Source: Ferroglobus placidus DSM 10642
Lineage (GTDB): Archaea > Halobacteriota > Archaeoglobi > Archaeoglobales > Archaeoglobaceae
NCBI RefSeq assembly: GCF_000025505.1
Contig: NC_013849.1
Coordinates: 930,001 to 962,000, forward strand
Length of the DNA: 32,000 nt
Direction: 5' to 3'
Under the pieces are notes generated by a model, which worked only from the letters and a program-made list of their open reading frames with translations, ran no database searches and was not told where the DNA came from. Position 1 is the first letter of the stretch; every line of letters starts with the position of its first letter. Position numbers and translations under genes: made by a program. Of the stretch, positions 24,101-32,000 are shown in pieces.

Positions 24101-25273
24101 TTAAAAGATGCTCGCTATCACCTCCCTCCACTTAGGTTTCGAGTAAGAGAGGGCGTAGAAGCTGAAGATTTTTGCCGAAACCTTGAGTGTAAACAAAGAA
24201 GTTAGCGCTAAGATGACGATTCCAGCAAAGACTTCCAAAGCTCCGGCGGAGTTTGAGGAGTAAAGAGCTGGCATCAAAACGGGAGAGGTTAAGGGAAGCA
24301 GTGCGAAAGCTTTCAGCAATGCAGAGTCTGGATTCATAGAGACAATTTGAAGCAAGAATATGGAGGGAAACAACGCTGCAAAGACTATTGCCGAAGCGAT
24401 TTGCTGAGAATCTCTTAAAGACGAAGAAACGGAGGCAATTGCGGAGAGAAGCGAAGCGTAGAAGATGTATCCGAAAATGAAGTAAGCCATCGAAACGATA
24501 AAAACTCCGAGGCTTAAGAGATTCGTTGAAATCAAAAAGATTGAAAAATAGCCAGCCAAAGCCAGCCACACGGAAGCCTGAATTAAGCCAGTTATAGCGT
24601 TTCCGAGGAATTTACCGAAGAAGATTTCCTCCGGAGAAGCTGAAGAAAACAAAATTTCCATAATTCTGCTCTCCTTTTCCTCGACAATCCCCTGCATGAG
24701 GTAGCCGGACGATGTAAAAATAGCCAGGAAGAGGAGGAGAGGAATGAAATACGATGCGAGGAAGTCGAAAGGTGATCTTTCTTCTTCTTTAATTTCCTCG
24801 AAGTCAATCCCTTTCGCGAATTTGTAAGCCAAGTCTCCGTACTTCTCCGCCAGCTTTAATTCCAATTCCTTATCCAAGCTGAAAAATCCTCTGCTCTTCT
24901 TTTTTACTGTAAAACTCTCCTCGAAATTTTCGGGAATTACGTAGTAAGCGTATATTTTTCCTTCTTCGAATGCCTTTTCAGCCTCCTCTTCGCTGCTAAA
25001 TTTTACGAAAACTATTTTTCTTTCAGAGGAGGCGTTCAAAAAAGGAATTTTCTCGATTTTAGGTACTTCGAAATAATTTTCGCTCAGAATTCCCGAATTA
25101 TCGACGACACCGACTTTTACTTCTTCGGGGAAGCCCAATTCTTGAATGAAGAGAACGGGCAGGAAAAAGGACGATACGATAAGAAGAGGAAATCCTATAA
25201 CCCCGAAAAGAAAGCCTTTCCTTCGGAGATTGTTCTTCAACTCTTGCTTAGCGACGATAATCGCTTTCTTCAT
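24101..25273 (-). CDS. ABC-2 type transporter permease (NatB-like)
   Basis: 390 aa. It has an N-terminal TM helix, a large extracytoplasmic loop and then 5 C-terminal TM helices. It overlaps the ATPase gene by 4 nt. Confidence 0.8.
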   Translation of the reverse strand: MKKAIIVAKQELKNNLRRKGFLFGVIGFPLLIVSSFFLPVLFIQELGFPEEVKVGVVDNSGILSENYFEVPKIEKIPFLNASSERKIVFVKFSSEEEAEKAFEEGKIYAYYVIPENFEESFTVKKKSRGFFSLDKELELKLAEKYGDLAYKFAKGIDFEEIKEEERSPFDFLASYFIPLLLFLAIFTSSGYLMQGIVEEKESRIMEILFSSASPEEIFFGKFLGNAITGLIQASVWLALAGYFSIFLISTNLLSLGVFIVSMAYFIFGYIFYASLLSAIASVSSSLRDSQQIASAIVFAALFPSIFLLQIVSMNPDSALLKAFALLPLTSPVLMPALYSSNSAGALEVFAGIVILALTSLFTLKVSAKIFSFYALSYSKPKWREVIASIF

Positions 25274-26061
25274 TCCACGACCTCCCTGAAGAACACTTCC
25301 TCGAGCGACACCTTCCTCCTCCTGTAGGATACTATCTCGTAGCCGAGATCGATGAGCTCTCTAAGGCTTTTGTTCGTCAGCTCTTTCACAACTTTTCCAT
25401 CTTTAAGATACTCCACCTCGCAAACCTCCTCGTTTAAAAGCTCGTCAACTCTTCCAGACTTCACTTCCCTCCCGTTATTTATGAGGAGAACCCTATCGCA
25501 CAACCTTTCAGCGAGGTTGAGAATGTGAGTTGAGAGCAAAATACATTTACCTTTCTCTTTCATCTCCTTCACGACTTCCACGACGAGATTTATGTTCACA
25601 GCGTCAAATCCTGAGAAAGGCTCGTCAAGAACCAAAAGCTCCGGATCGTGCTGAATTGCCGCAATCAGCTGAACCTTCTGCTGCAACCCCTTAGAAAGCT
25701 CTTCCACCCTTTTATCGGCATGCTGACTCAAGCTGAATCTCTCGAGCCAGTAATCCGTATCCACTCCTCCCTTAAGCTCCGCAAAATATCTTAGAACTTC
25801 CTTCACCTTCCACTTCTTGTATAACCCCCTCTCTTCGGGCAGGTATCCAATTAAATCTCTGACCTCTTCAGGATTTTTGCCCGAAATTAATACTTCTCCA
25901 GAATCTGGTTTCAGTATTCCCACAACGATTCTGAGAGTCGTCGTCTTACCAGCTCCGTTAGGTCCCAAAATTCCAAAAACCTCCCCCTTCTCTGCTTTAA
26001 AGGAGAGCTTTCCGAGCTTGAAGTTTCCAATAGATTTCTCGATGCTCCTTACTTCCAGCAT
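25270..26061 (-). CDS. ABC transporter ATP-binding protein (NatA-like)
   Basis: Walker A is GPNGAGKTT, the signature motif is LSKGLQQKV, Walker B is LLVLDEPFSGFD, and the H-loop is STH. Confidence 0.93.
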   Translation of the reverse strand: MLEVRSIEKSIGNFKLGKLSFKAEKGEVFGILGPNGAGKTTTLRIVVGILKPDSGEVLISGKNPEEVRDLIGYLPEERGLYKKWKVKEVLRYFAELKGGVDTDYWLERFSLSQHADKRVEELSKGLQQKVQLIAAIQHDPELLVLDEPFSGFDAVNINLVVEVVKEMKEKGKCILLSTHILNLAERLCDRVLLINNGREVKSGRVDELLNEEVCEVEYLKDGKVVKELTNKSLRELIDLGYEIVSYRRRKVSLEEVFFREVVE

Positions 26062-26158
26062 TCAGATGTCAACCGAAAGGCATTATGATAAAAATATTTC
26101 GTTATTAAAGGATTCTTCAAAAGGGAAGGCTTATAACGATCGATGTCGAATTCTTAAC

Positions 26159-26788
26159 ATGGTATCGCTCAGATGGTTCGGACACGCTTGCTTCGCGATA
26201 AAAGGGAGCAAAGTCGTCGTTACCGACCCCTTCCATCAAAAAGACGTGGGCTACCCAACGCCGAACGTCGAAGCTGATGTCGTAACCGTAAGCCACGACC
26301 ACTTCGACCACAACAAGGTCGAGGTGATAAAGGGAAATCCGAAGGTAATTGACAAAGCCGGAGAGTTTGAAGTGAACGGAGTGAGGATAAAAGGAGTCGA
26401 AACTTATCATGACAAAGCAAAGGGTTCGCAAAGAGGAAAGAACATAGTTTTCAAAATAGAGCTCGACGGGATAAAGTTCTGCCACCTCGGAGATTTGGGA
26501 CACGTTATCGAGGAGAGGGAAGCGAAGGAAATAGGAGAAGTAGACGTTTTGATGATTCCCGTCGGCGGCTACTTCACGATAGAGCCGGAAGAGGCTGACG
26601 AAGTTATCAGCATTCTCTCTCCAAAAGTCGTTGTGCCGATGCACTACAAAACTGAAGTCATCAACTTTCCGATCAAGCCAGTGGATGTGTTTCTTAAAGG
26701 AAAGGAGAACGTGAAAAAATTTGATGTAAGCGAGGTCGAAGTGAAAATTCCGGAAAAGCAAGAAATTTGGGTTTTAAAGTGGGGTTAG
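26159..26788 (+). CDS. UPF0173-type metal-dependent hydrolase (metallo-beta-lactamase fold)
   Basis: The N-terminus is MVSLRWFGHACFAIKG and the metal motif is VSHDHFDHN. The track ORF starts at 25817, but that extension is antisense to the ABC ATPase gene. The ATG at 26159 gives the family-typical ~210 aa. Confidence 0.85.
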   Translation: MVSLRWFGHACFAIKGSKVVVTDPFHQKDVGYPTPNVEADVVTVSHDHFDHNKVEVIKGNPKVIDKAGEFEVNGVRIKGVETYHDKAKGSQRGKNIVFKIELDGIKFCHLGDLGHVIEEREAKEIGEVDVLMIPVGGYFTIEPEEADEVISILSPKVVVPMHYKTEVINFPIKPVDVFLKGKENVKKFDVSEVEVKIPEKQEIWVLKWG

Positions 26789-27774
26789 AAGGGTAAAGAG
26801 TCGAGGAACCTCAGCCTCTTGGGAATCGGCGGGTGCGTTGATAAGAACTCTTCGATCGGATTCACCTTGGCTCTCTTTATACTTTCTATGTCGACGTAAG
26901 GAGAGGCTACAGCCTGAACGAAAGCGTAGATGAAGAGGGTTCTGAATTTGTCCGTCGCTATAATCTCGTGGTAGTCGGGATAGCGGTGGTAGAAAGCGTG
27001 GATCTTCGCCAAAGCGTATTGCATGCTCCTTTTTCCAGCTGCTAAAGCACCTTCGAAGTCGGCGTAGTATTCCCTAAGCCTGCTGAAAGCAAGAACCAAG
27101 ATCTGAACCAAGAAAGAAGCTACGACTGCCGCAAATCCGAGCAAAGCAAGTTGATTTCTCCTCTCGCTCAGAGATGAGTGGATAAGCATGTAGCCGAGGT
27201 AGAAGATTATCGACGGAAGCAAGCCGAAGAGTAGCATCACCGCGTTATCTCTATGCTTGTGATGCCCTATCTCGTGCCCGATAACCGCCTCAAGCTCCTC
27301 CTTTGACAGCATTTTCAGCATTGAATCCGTTACAGCCACAAACTTCCCAGTTAGGAAGTTTCCGTAGGCAAAGGCATTCGGCGGTCCTCTTACGATCACA
27401 GCCTTGGGAGGCTTTACCCCAAGCCTGTTAGCGACGACATCAACAACCCTCTGAAGCTCCGGGCTTGGCTTAGCAGAGTAGCTCATGTTTATTATGTACG
27501 GAGAAGCCACGTACATCAGCAGGTTCACTATCAGAACGAAAATAGCTATACCCACGAGACTGAAGTAGTATCCCGCAAGGCTGAGGATTAAGTAGATTAT
27601 CAGAGCCGAAATTCCGAGAATCATCACCGCAAGTATTGCCATCGAAGTGTATAGGGAAAACCTTCCCGAAAATCTTCCAGCTACCTTAGGGGCTACTGTG
27701 CTTGCTAAGAGGAACATTATAAGGTATCCGAGCACTCCGAGCATTATGTAAATCGGATCGAATATCAGGAGCAT
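26785..27774 (-). CDS. htpX: M48-family zinc metalloprotease, HtpX homolog
   Basis: HEIGHHKHRD contains the HExxH motif. There are 4 or more TM helices, and the downstream Glu lies in REYYADFEG. Confidence 0.85.
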   Translation of the reverse strand: MLLIFDPIYIMLGVLGYLIMFLLASTVAPKVAGRFSGRFSLYTSMAILAVMILGISALIIYLILSLAGYYFSLVGIAIFVLIVNLLMYVASPYIINMSYSAKPSPELQRVVDVVANRLGVKPPKAVIVRGPPNAFAYGNFLTGKFVAVTDSMLKMLSKEELEAVIGHEIGHHKHRDNAVMLLFGLLPSIIFYLGYMLIHSSLSERRNQLALLGFAAVVASFLVQILVLAFSRLREYYADFEGALAAGKRSMQYALAKIHAFYHRYPDYHEIIATDKFRTLFIYAFVQAVASPYVDIESIKRAKVNPIEEFLSTHPPIPKRLRFLDSLPF

Positions 27775-27810
27775 GTTCTATTATTTTCGCTGTCTGAATA
27801 AAAAGCTTTC

Positions 27811-28155
27811 TCAGATGTAATGCTTTCTGCTCTCCTTATCCTCCCTGTCTATGGCTAAAAGGACTGCGTAAAGCCTCTCAGCTACCATTCTAAGCTTTCT
27901 CAGATCCTGATAAAATATAGTGAATGTAGCATAGGGGTGTCCGCAGGGATAGTCGTACTTCGTTATGGGGCAGTTTTTACAGCCGAACTTCTGGTATTTG
28001 AGGCAGAAAGAAGTTATCTGGATGGAAACTTCTTCGATGGCTTCGAGAGCTTCTAATATCGACTTCCACTTTTTTAAGGCAACCTCAATATCATCGTGAC
28101 CTTCTTCAAGCTCTTTTTCCATATCTTCAGCTGTGTAGAGCTTAACCTCCTTCAT
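27811..28155 (-). CDS. Hypothetical 114-aa protein with a 4-Cys cluster
   Basis: Composition is protein-like and mostly helical, with the central cluster C-x7-CKNC-x8-C (SFCLKYQKFGCKNCPITKYDYPCGHP). I recognise no family. Confidence 0.55.
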   Translation of the reverse strand: MKEVKLYTAEDMEKELEEGHDDIEVALKKWKSILEALEAIEEVSIQITSFCLKYQKFGCKNCPITKYDYPCGHPYATFTIFYQDLRKLRMVAERLYAVLLAIDREDKESRKHYI

Positions 28156-28254
28156 AAATGTAGTTACACTCTTGAGATGTAAAGTTTATCCCCCAGATAG
28201 AGTTTTATATCGCGAGAGAGAAAATTTGAATATAAGTTTTTAAGGTGATGCCCG

Positions 28255-28767
28255 GTGAGGAGAGCAAAGCTCATCAACGACGTGATAGAGTTCATTCCGA
28301 TCTTGCAGCTGTTCTCGTCGGAAAACTACAGAAGAGTCTACGAAATACTCCTCGACGGCTGGAAAACTATAGACGAGCTTAAAGCAGAGGTCGGCGAGAA
28401 TGTAGAGGAAGCGTTAAAGATTTTAAAAAAGGCTGGTATGCTTGGCTCTAAATGGAGAATGCCAGAAGATCCGAAGAGTAAACCGGAAAAGGAGTACCAC
28501 GTGAGCTTCACTCACCTGAGCGCTAATTTTTACTGCTCCCTCAAGGACTTCAACACAGTGCTCGACGTGATTTTCATGAGCGACGACGAGTTCGAAGACT
28601 ACGTTGACTTGATAATCGAGCAGATAAAAGCCGGAAGGATGTCTATTCAGCACATAAGTAAAGAGACCGGTCTCGACCCCGTTTTTATTAGAGCCGTTGC
28701 CAAAAAATCCCTTAAGCTAAACCTGAAAGGGCAGCTCGTGGAGATAGCCAAGGATGAGGAAATATAG
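28255..28767 (+). CDS. Hypothetical protein with a putative N-terminal winged-helix domain
   Basis: The GTG start is preceded by GGTGA plus 6 nt. YRRVYEILLDGWKTIDELKAEVGENVEEALKILKKAGML looks wHTH-like. It overlaps the following DUF504 gene by 14 nt. Confidence 0.6.
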   Translation: MRRAKLINDVIEFIPILQLFSSENYRRVYEILLDGWKTIDELKAEVGENVEEALKILKKAGMLGSKWRMPEDPKSKPEKEYHVSFTHLSANFYCSLKDFNTVLDVIFMSDDEFEDYVDLIIEQIKAGRMSIQHISKETGLDPVFIRAVAKKSLKLNLKGQLVEIAKDEEI

Positions 28768-29008
28768 CCTGAGAGATCTGATAAACAAGGTCATATGGCA
28801 CCCAGAACTCGATAGAAAAAAGCTCGAAATCAGATTTATCGACCGTCCAGAAGGCGTCTCAGCTATTAGGGGAGATGAAATTGAAGAAGTCGGACACAAA
28901 TTCGTTTTTGCTCACGTTCCAATTCCTTACCACAGGATCGTCGAAGTAAGGTACGATGGGAAGGTAATTTGGAGGAAGGGAGAAAAAGTCGATCTCAGCC
29001 GAATATGA
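28754..29008 (+). CDS. DUF504 / UPF0248 (MJ1316-type) small protein
   Basis: 84 aa. The family pattern is LRDLINKVIWHP...IRFIDR...IPYHRIVEVRYDGKVIWRK. Confidence 0.75.
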   Translation: MRKYSLRDLINKVIWHPELDRKKLEIRFIDRPEGVSAIRGDEIEEVGHKFVFAHVPIPYHRIVEVRYDGKVIWRKGEKVDLSRI

Positions 29009-29489
29009 GCCTGAAGTAACCTATGTACGGGATTCTGAACTTCGCCACACCCACGATCCATTCCGGTTTCACCGGCTGAGAAATAAAGGGTTGGTCGTAC
29101 ATGGAGTTTGCGTCCCCCTTTGTTATGTAGCCGGAGTGTTTCGCAATAACTCCTCCCGGAAGCTTTTCTCCAGCTTCAACCCATCTTATAGCTCGATGAA
29201 TGATGGGAGTTCTGCTCGTGTCTCCGTTTGGATAGTAAACTATCACATCCCCGTAATCCCCGAAGCTCTTGTAGTCTATCTTCATACCCTCCTCGTAGGT
29301 TACGATCTTAGTCCTATCTTTGCCCACGAGAATTACCACGTCTCCTTTGTGTATGTGCGGCTCCATGCTTCCAGATTGGACAGCCACCATAAAAGGCCAA
29401 GCGCCAGTTAAAATATATCCCGCAGCAGCTATAACCGCAACAGTAATTAACGTCGATACCACATCTTTGATTAGCCCTTTCAGATTCAT
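28995..29489 (-). CDS. Signal peptidase I, archaeal/eukaryal Sec11 type (S26B)
   Basis: It has an N-terminal TM anchor, the catalytic Ser box QSGSMEP, then GDVVIL, HRAI and KGDAN. Confidence 0.88.
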   Translation of the reverse strand: MNLKGLIKDVVSTLITVAVIAAAGYILTGAWPFMVAVQSGSMEPHIHKGDVVILVGKDRTKIVTYEEGMKIDYKSFGDYGDVIVYYPNGDTSRTPIIHRAIRWVEAGEKLPGGVIAKHSGYITKGDANSMYDQPFISQPVKPEWIVGVAKFRIPYIGYFRLIFG

Positions 29490-29509
29490 TGGCTTCGTGG
29501 TGAGAACGA

Positions 29510-30976
29510 ATGGTAATTAAAACTATCGACACAAAGTTTCTGGTTAAAAAATTCGCCGTCTACGGCTACAACCTCCACCCTTCAGCGGTTGAGGAGCTGA
29601 GGAATTGCAGCGTAAGCATTGATGATCTTCTCAAGGAGCTCCAGAGAATTTGCGACGGAAAGTTCATAATAACGGCTGAAGACATAAGGGAAGCTGAAAA
29701 AAGAGCCAGAGAAAGGTACTCGAAGAGATTGACCGTGAAAAAGGAGACCGCTGAAAAGAAAGAAGAGAAGGTTTGCGGGGAACTTCAGATACTGAAAGAC
29801 GTTACCGGCAGATCGACCTGCAGAGGAGACGTTGAGGACTTCATCGCTTACTTCAACTCCCGTTACGAAAAAATTCTGAGGATTTTGAGAGGCAGAGTTA
29901 ATCCCGTTCCGGTCTCATCTCTCTGGAAGCTCAGATCCGAGAAAGTCGACGTCGTCGGAATCGTGAACGACGTAAGAGAGGTTAACGAGAACACGGCGAT
30001 AATTGAACTTGAGGATAAAACCGGAATCGTCAACGTCCTTGCCAGCGGAAAAATAAAAGAGGAGGCTATGGAGTTAGTAGGGGACGAAGTCATAGGAGTT
30101 TCCGGAACCATAAACGGAAACAGAATAATTGCCGATAGAATAATTTTCCCCGACGTTCCGATAAACAACGGGAGGAAGAAGAGGAGCTTCAGAATGGTTT
30201 TCATCTCCGATATTCACTTCGGAAGTAAGACGTTCCTCAAAGAGGAGTGGGAGAGGTTCGTCAGCTGGATAAACTGCGAGAGCGGAAACGAAAAGCTTGT
30301 AGAACTGGCTGAAGAGGTTAAATACGTCTTCGTCGCTGGAGATGTCGTTGACGGAGTTGGAATTTATCCGGAGCAGGAAAAGGAGCTTGAGATAGTCGAC
30401 ATCTATCAGCAGTACGAAACTGCAGCAGAATACTTCGACATGATAAGAAAAGACGTTAAAATAATAGTTTCTCCCGGGAATCACGATGCTGTCAGACAGG
30501 CTGAACCTCAGCCAGCTTTGCCTAAGGAGTTCTCGAGCCTGTTTTCCAACAACGTCGTTTGCGTTGGTAATCCGAGCATGATAGACGTCAGCGGAGTTAA
30601 AGTTCTAATGTACCACGGAAGGAGCTTAGATGATTTAATATCGAAGATTAACAGACTCAACTACGCTAAGCCCCAAGAAGCTCTCTTCGAACTGCTGAAA
30701 AGAAGACACCTCTCACCGATGTACGGGGAAAGAGTTCCGATAGCTCCGGAAAAAGAAGACTACCTCGTGATCGACGAAGTTCCGGACGTACTACACTCCG
30801 GACACGTCCACACATACGGCACGGGCTTTTACCGCGGAATTTTCGTTGTTTGCTCATCCACCTGGCAGAGCCAAACTGAGTTCCAGAAAAAAGTGAATCT
30901 GAATCCCATGCCAGGCATAGTTGCCGTATACCAGCCGGGAGGAGAAGTTGTGAGGCTGAGGTTCTACAGCGAATAA
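29510..30976 (+). CDS. polB: DNA polymerase II (PolD) small subunit DP1, 3'-5' exonuclease
   Basis: 488 aa. After an OB-fold region come the calcineurin-like phosphoesterase motifs: FISDIHFGS, AGDVVDG, GNHD, MYHGRS, HSGHVH. This architecture is specific to archaeal DP1. Confidence 0.92.
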   Translation: MVIKTIDTKFLVKKFAVYGYNLHPSAVEELRNCSVSIDDLLKELQRICDGKFIITAEDIREAEKRARERYSKRLTVKKETAEKKEEKVCGELQILKDVTGRSTCRGDVEDFIAYFNSRYEKILRILRGRVNPVPVSSLWKLRSEKVDVVGIVNDVREVNENTAIIELEDKTGIVNVLASGKIKEEAMELVGDEVIGVSGTINGNRIIADRIIFPDVPINNGRKKRSFRMVFISDIHFGSKTFLKEEWERFVSWINCESGNEKLVELAEEVKYVFVAGDVVDGVGIYPEQEKELEIVDIYQQYETAAEYFDMIRKDVKIIVSPGNHDAVRQAEPQPALPKEFSSLFSNNVVCVGNPSMIDVSGVKVLMYHGRSLDDLISKINRLNYAKPQEALFELLKRRHLSPMYGERVPIAPEKEDYLVIDEVPDVLHSGHVHTYGTGFYRGIFVVCSSTWQSQTEFQKKVNLNPMPGIVAVYQPGGEVVRLRFYSE

Positions 30977-31006
30977 TTTTTATACACTTGAAGAAGAGTT
31001 CGAAAA

Positions 31007-31888
31007 ATGAGAGTAGCGCTCGCTTTAGCTTTAATCCTGCTCCTATCAGTTGCTAACGCCCAGAATCTTACGATAAACATTGTAAACTACGAAGGAGGAG
31101 TTGTGAGCGTTCAAATTTTTGGAGAGAACTTTTCAATCAACAAAACCTTCCAAAATTCATCCGTAACTTTCCCGGTAGAGCCGGGGAACTATCACGTGAT
31201 AACAATTTATAAGAATTTGAGCATCGTGAAAAACGTCAACGTAACTAACGACACAACGCTCTACCTTACTTTCGAAGAAACGAACGACGTTTCATCTTTA
31301 TTCTACTTGAACAGACACGTTATTGTAGGAAATGGAGAAGTGGTGGAGATTGACGTAATTTACAACCCAACCGAGAAGTTCTTCAGAGGAGACTTAGAAA
31401 AGATAATTCCGAAAGACGCGAAAAATCTCTCAATTCTGGAGTTTACTGGAAGACTCGAAGATTTTTCTGTGGAGGACAACAAGATCTTTTACAAGAGCGT
31501 TGTTATTCAGCCAAATTCGAGCATTAGAGCAGTTTACCACTACTTCTTCGACTCCAATGAAATGATTCTGAGTTCTGAACTTGAGACGAAACAGCTCGTT
31601 CTATTCTTACCTCCGGACGTAAACGCAATTTCAGAAGACCTGAGCTTTGCAGGAACTCACGCTCTCGGAAGCGCAACTTACAACATCTACACAGCTACCA
31701 ACCTCTCAAAAGGAAAAACCATAGAAGTGAAATTCGAGAGAGCTGAAGTTAAATCGGAAGAAAGAAAAAGCGGCTTTAATTTCTTCTTTGTTGTCGGAGC
31801 AGTTTTAATTCTCGCCGGAGTTGCTCTCTACGTCTACAGCAAAAAGAAGGAGGGCAAAGCTGAAGAGAAAGAAGAATGGAAAGTTTAG
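31007..31888 (+). CDS. Membrane-anchored extracellular glycoprotein, function unknown
   Basis: The signal peptide is MRVALALALILLLSVANA/QN. There are about 10 N-x-S/T sequons, a single C-terminal TM helix (FFFVVGAVLILAGVALYVY) and a Lys/Glu-rich tail. Confidence 0.7.
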   Translation: MRVALALALILLLSVANAQNLTINIVNYEGGVVSVQIFGENFSINKTFQNSSVTFPVEPGNYHVITIYKNLSIVKNVNVTNDTTLYLTFEETNDVSSLFYLNRHVIVGNGEVVEIDVIYNPTEKFFRGDLEKIIPKDAKNLSILEFTGRLEDFSVEDNKIFYKSVVIQPNSSIRAVYHYFFDSNEMILSSELETKQLVLFLPPDVNAISEDLSFAGTHALGSATYNIYTATNLSKGKTIEVKFERAEVKSEERKSGFNFFFVVGAVLILAGVALYVYSKKKEGKAEEKEEWKV

Positions 31889-31915
31889 ATTTATAGCTTT
31901 TGGGTGATGTAGGAA

Positions 31916-32000
31916 ATGAGAGAAAGAGTTCCACCAGGGCAGAGAGTTGTTGATAAACTCCCCGTGCTGCATTACAGTGACATTCCGCATATCGACATAA
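31916..32000 (+). CDS. Molybdopterin-binding oxidoreductase (sulfite oxidase / YedY-like family), N-terminal 28 codons only
   Basis: MRERVPPGQRVVDKLPVLHYSDIPHIDI matches the N-terminal PPGQ...PVLH pattern of the family. The frame runs off the right edge of the window. Confidence 0.45.
   Translation, partial: MRERVPPGQRVVDKLPVLHYSDIPHIDI

Noticed and set aside
25817-26158. 114-codon N-terminal extension of the MBL-fold hydrolase ORF.
   Set aside because: The extension is antisense to the ABC ATPase gene. The family N-terminus (MVSLRWFGHACF) begins at the internal ATG at 26159, in the divergent intergenic region.
18419-29489. Apparent clustering of membrane and secretory proteases (M50 S2P, M48 HtpX, signal peptidase I) within 11 kb.
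   Set aside because: The three genes are in separate transcription units on different strands with unrelated genes between them. All are single-copy housekeeping functions, and there is no evidence of a functional cluster.
1-32000. A search for CRISPR arrays, tRNA/rRNA genes, integrases, inteins, or in-frame TGA/TAG recoding.
   Set aside because: No regularly spaced repeats, no cloverleaf-like GC-rich segments and no recombinase motifs were seen. All well-supported ORFs are uninterrupted.

Overview
This window is archaeal. It looks like a euryarchaeon of the Archaeoglobales type, but that assignment is inferred from gene content only. The supporting markers are the PolD small subunit, archaeal CheF, C/D-box sRNAs, a Sec11-type signal peptidase, a DsrMK-like module and GGAGGT/GGTGA ribosome-binding sites.

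The left ~17.6 kb looks accessory. It holds three adjacent minus-strand genes for heavily N-glycosylatable secreted surface proteins that share modules pairwise. A decayed IS6-family transposase sits between two of them. Two of the genes carry a duplicated 5' regulatory region containing a conserved GC-rich RNA-type hairpin. Next comes a stretch of gene remnants (a RelE-like stub and a 124-codon frame with no start codon) and a VapBC pair. After that is a complete, tightly overlapping and noticeably AT-rich chemotaxis operon on the minus strand: wHTH regulator, soluble MCP, cheW, cheF, cheY, cheB, cheA, cheC, cheD, cheR.

The right ~14 kb has higher G+C and looks like core genome:
- M50 site-2 protease with two PDZ domains
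- TtuA-type PP-loop tRNA thiolase
- long FKBP-type PPIase
- CYTH protein
- two tandem C/D-box sRNAs
- an overlapping tusA / DsrM-like / DsrK-like trio
- ABC-2 exporter pair
- UPF0173 MBL-fold hydrolase
- HtpX-type M48 protease
- a few small hypothetical proteins, including a DUF504 protein
- signal peptidase I
- PolD small subunit
- a membrane-anchored glycoprotein
- the 5' end of a molybdopterin oxidoreductase

I saw no rRNA, tRNA, CRISPR array, integrase or intact IS element.

The points most worth a second look are:
1. The modular surface-protein cluster, with its shared start-of-gene hairpin and a shared C-terminal helical module that has no membrane anchor.
2. The tusA-dsrMK-like trio.
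3. The dicistronic C/D sRNA pair.
4. The compositional break around 17.6-17.9 kb.
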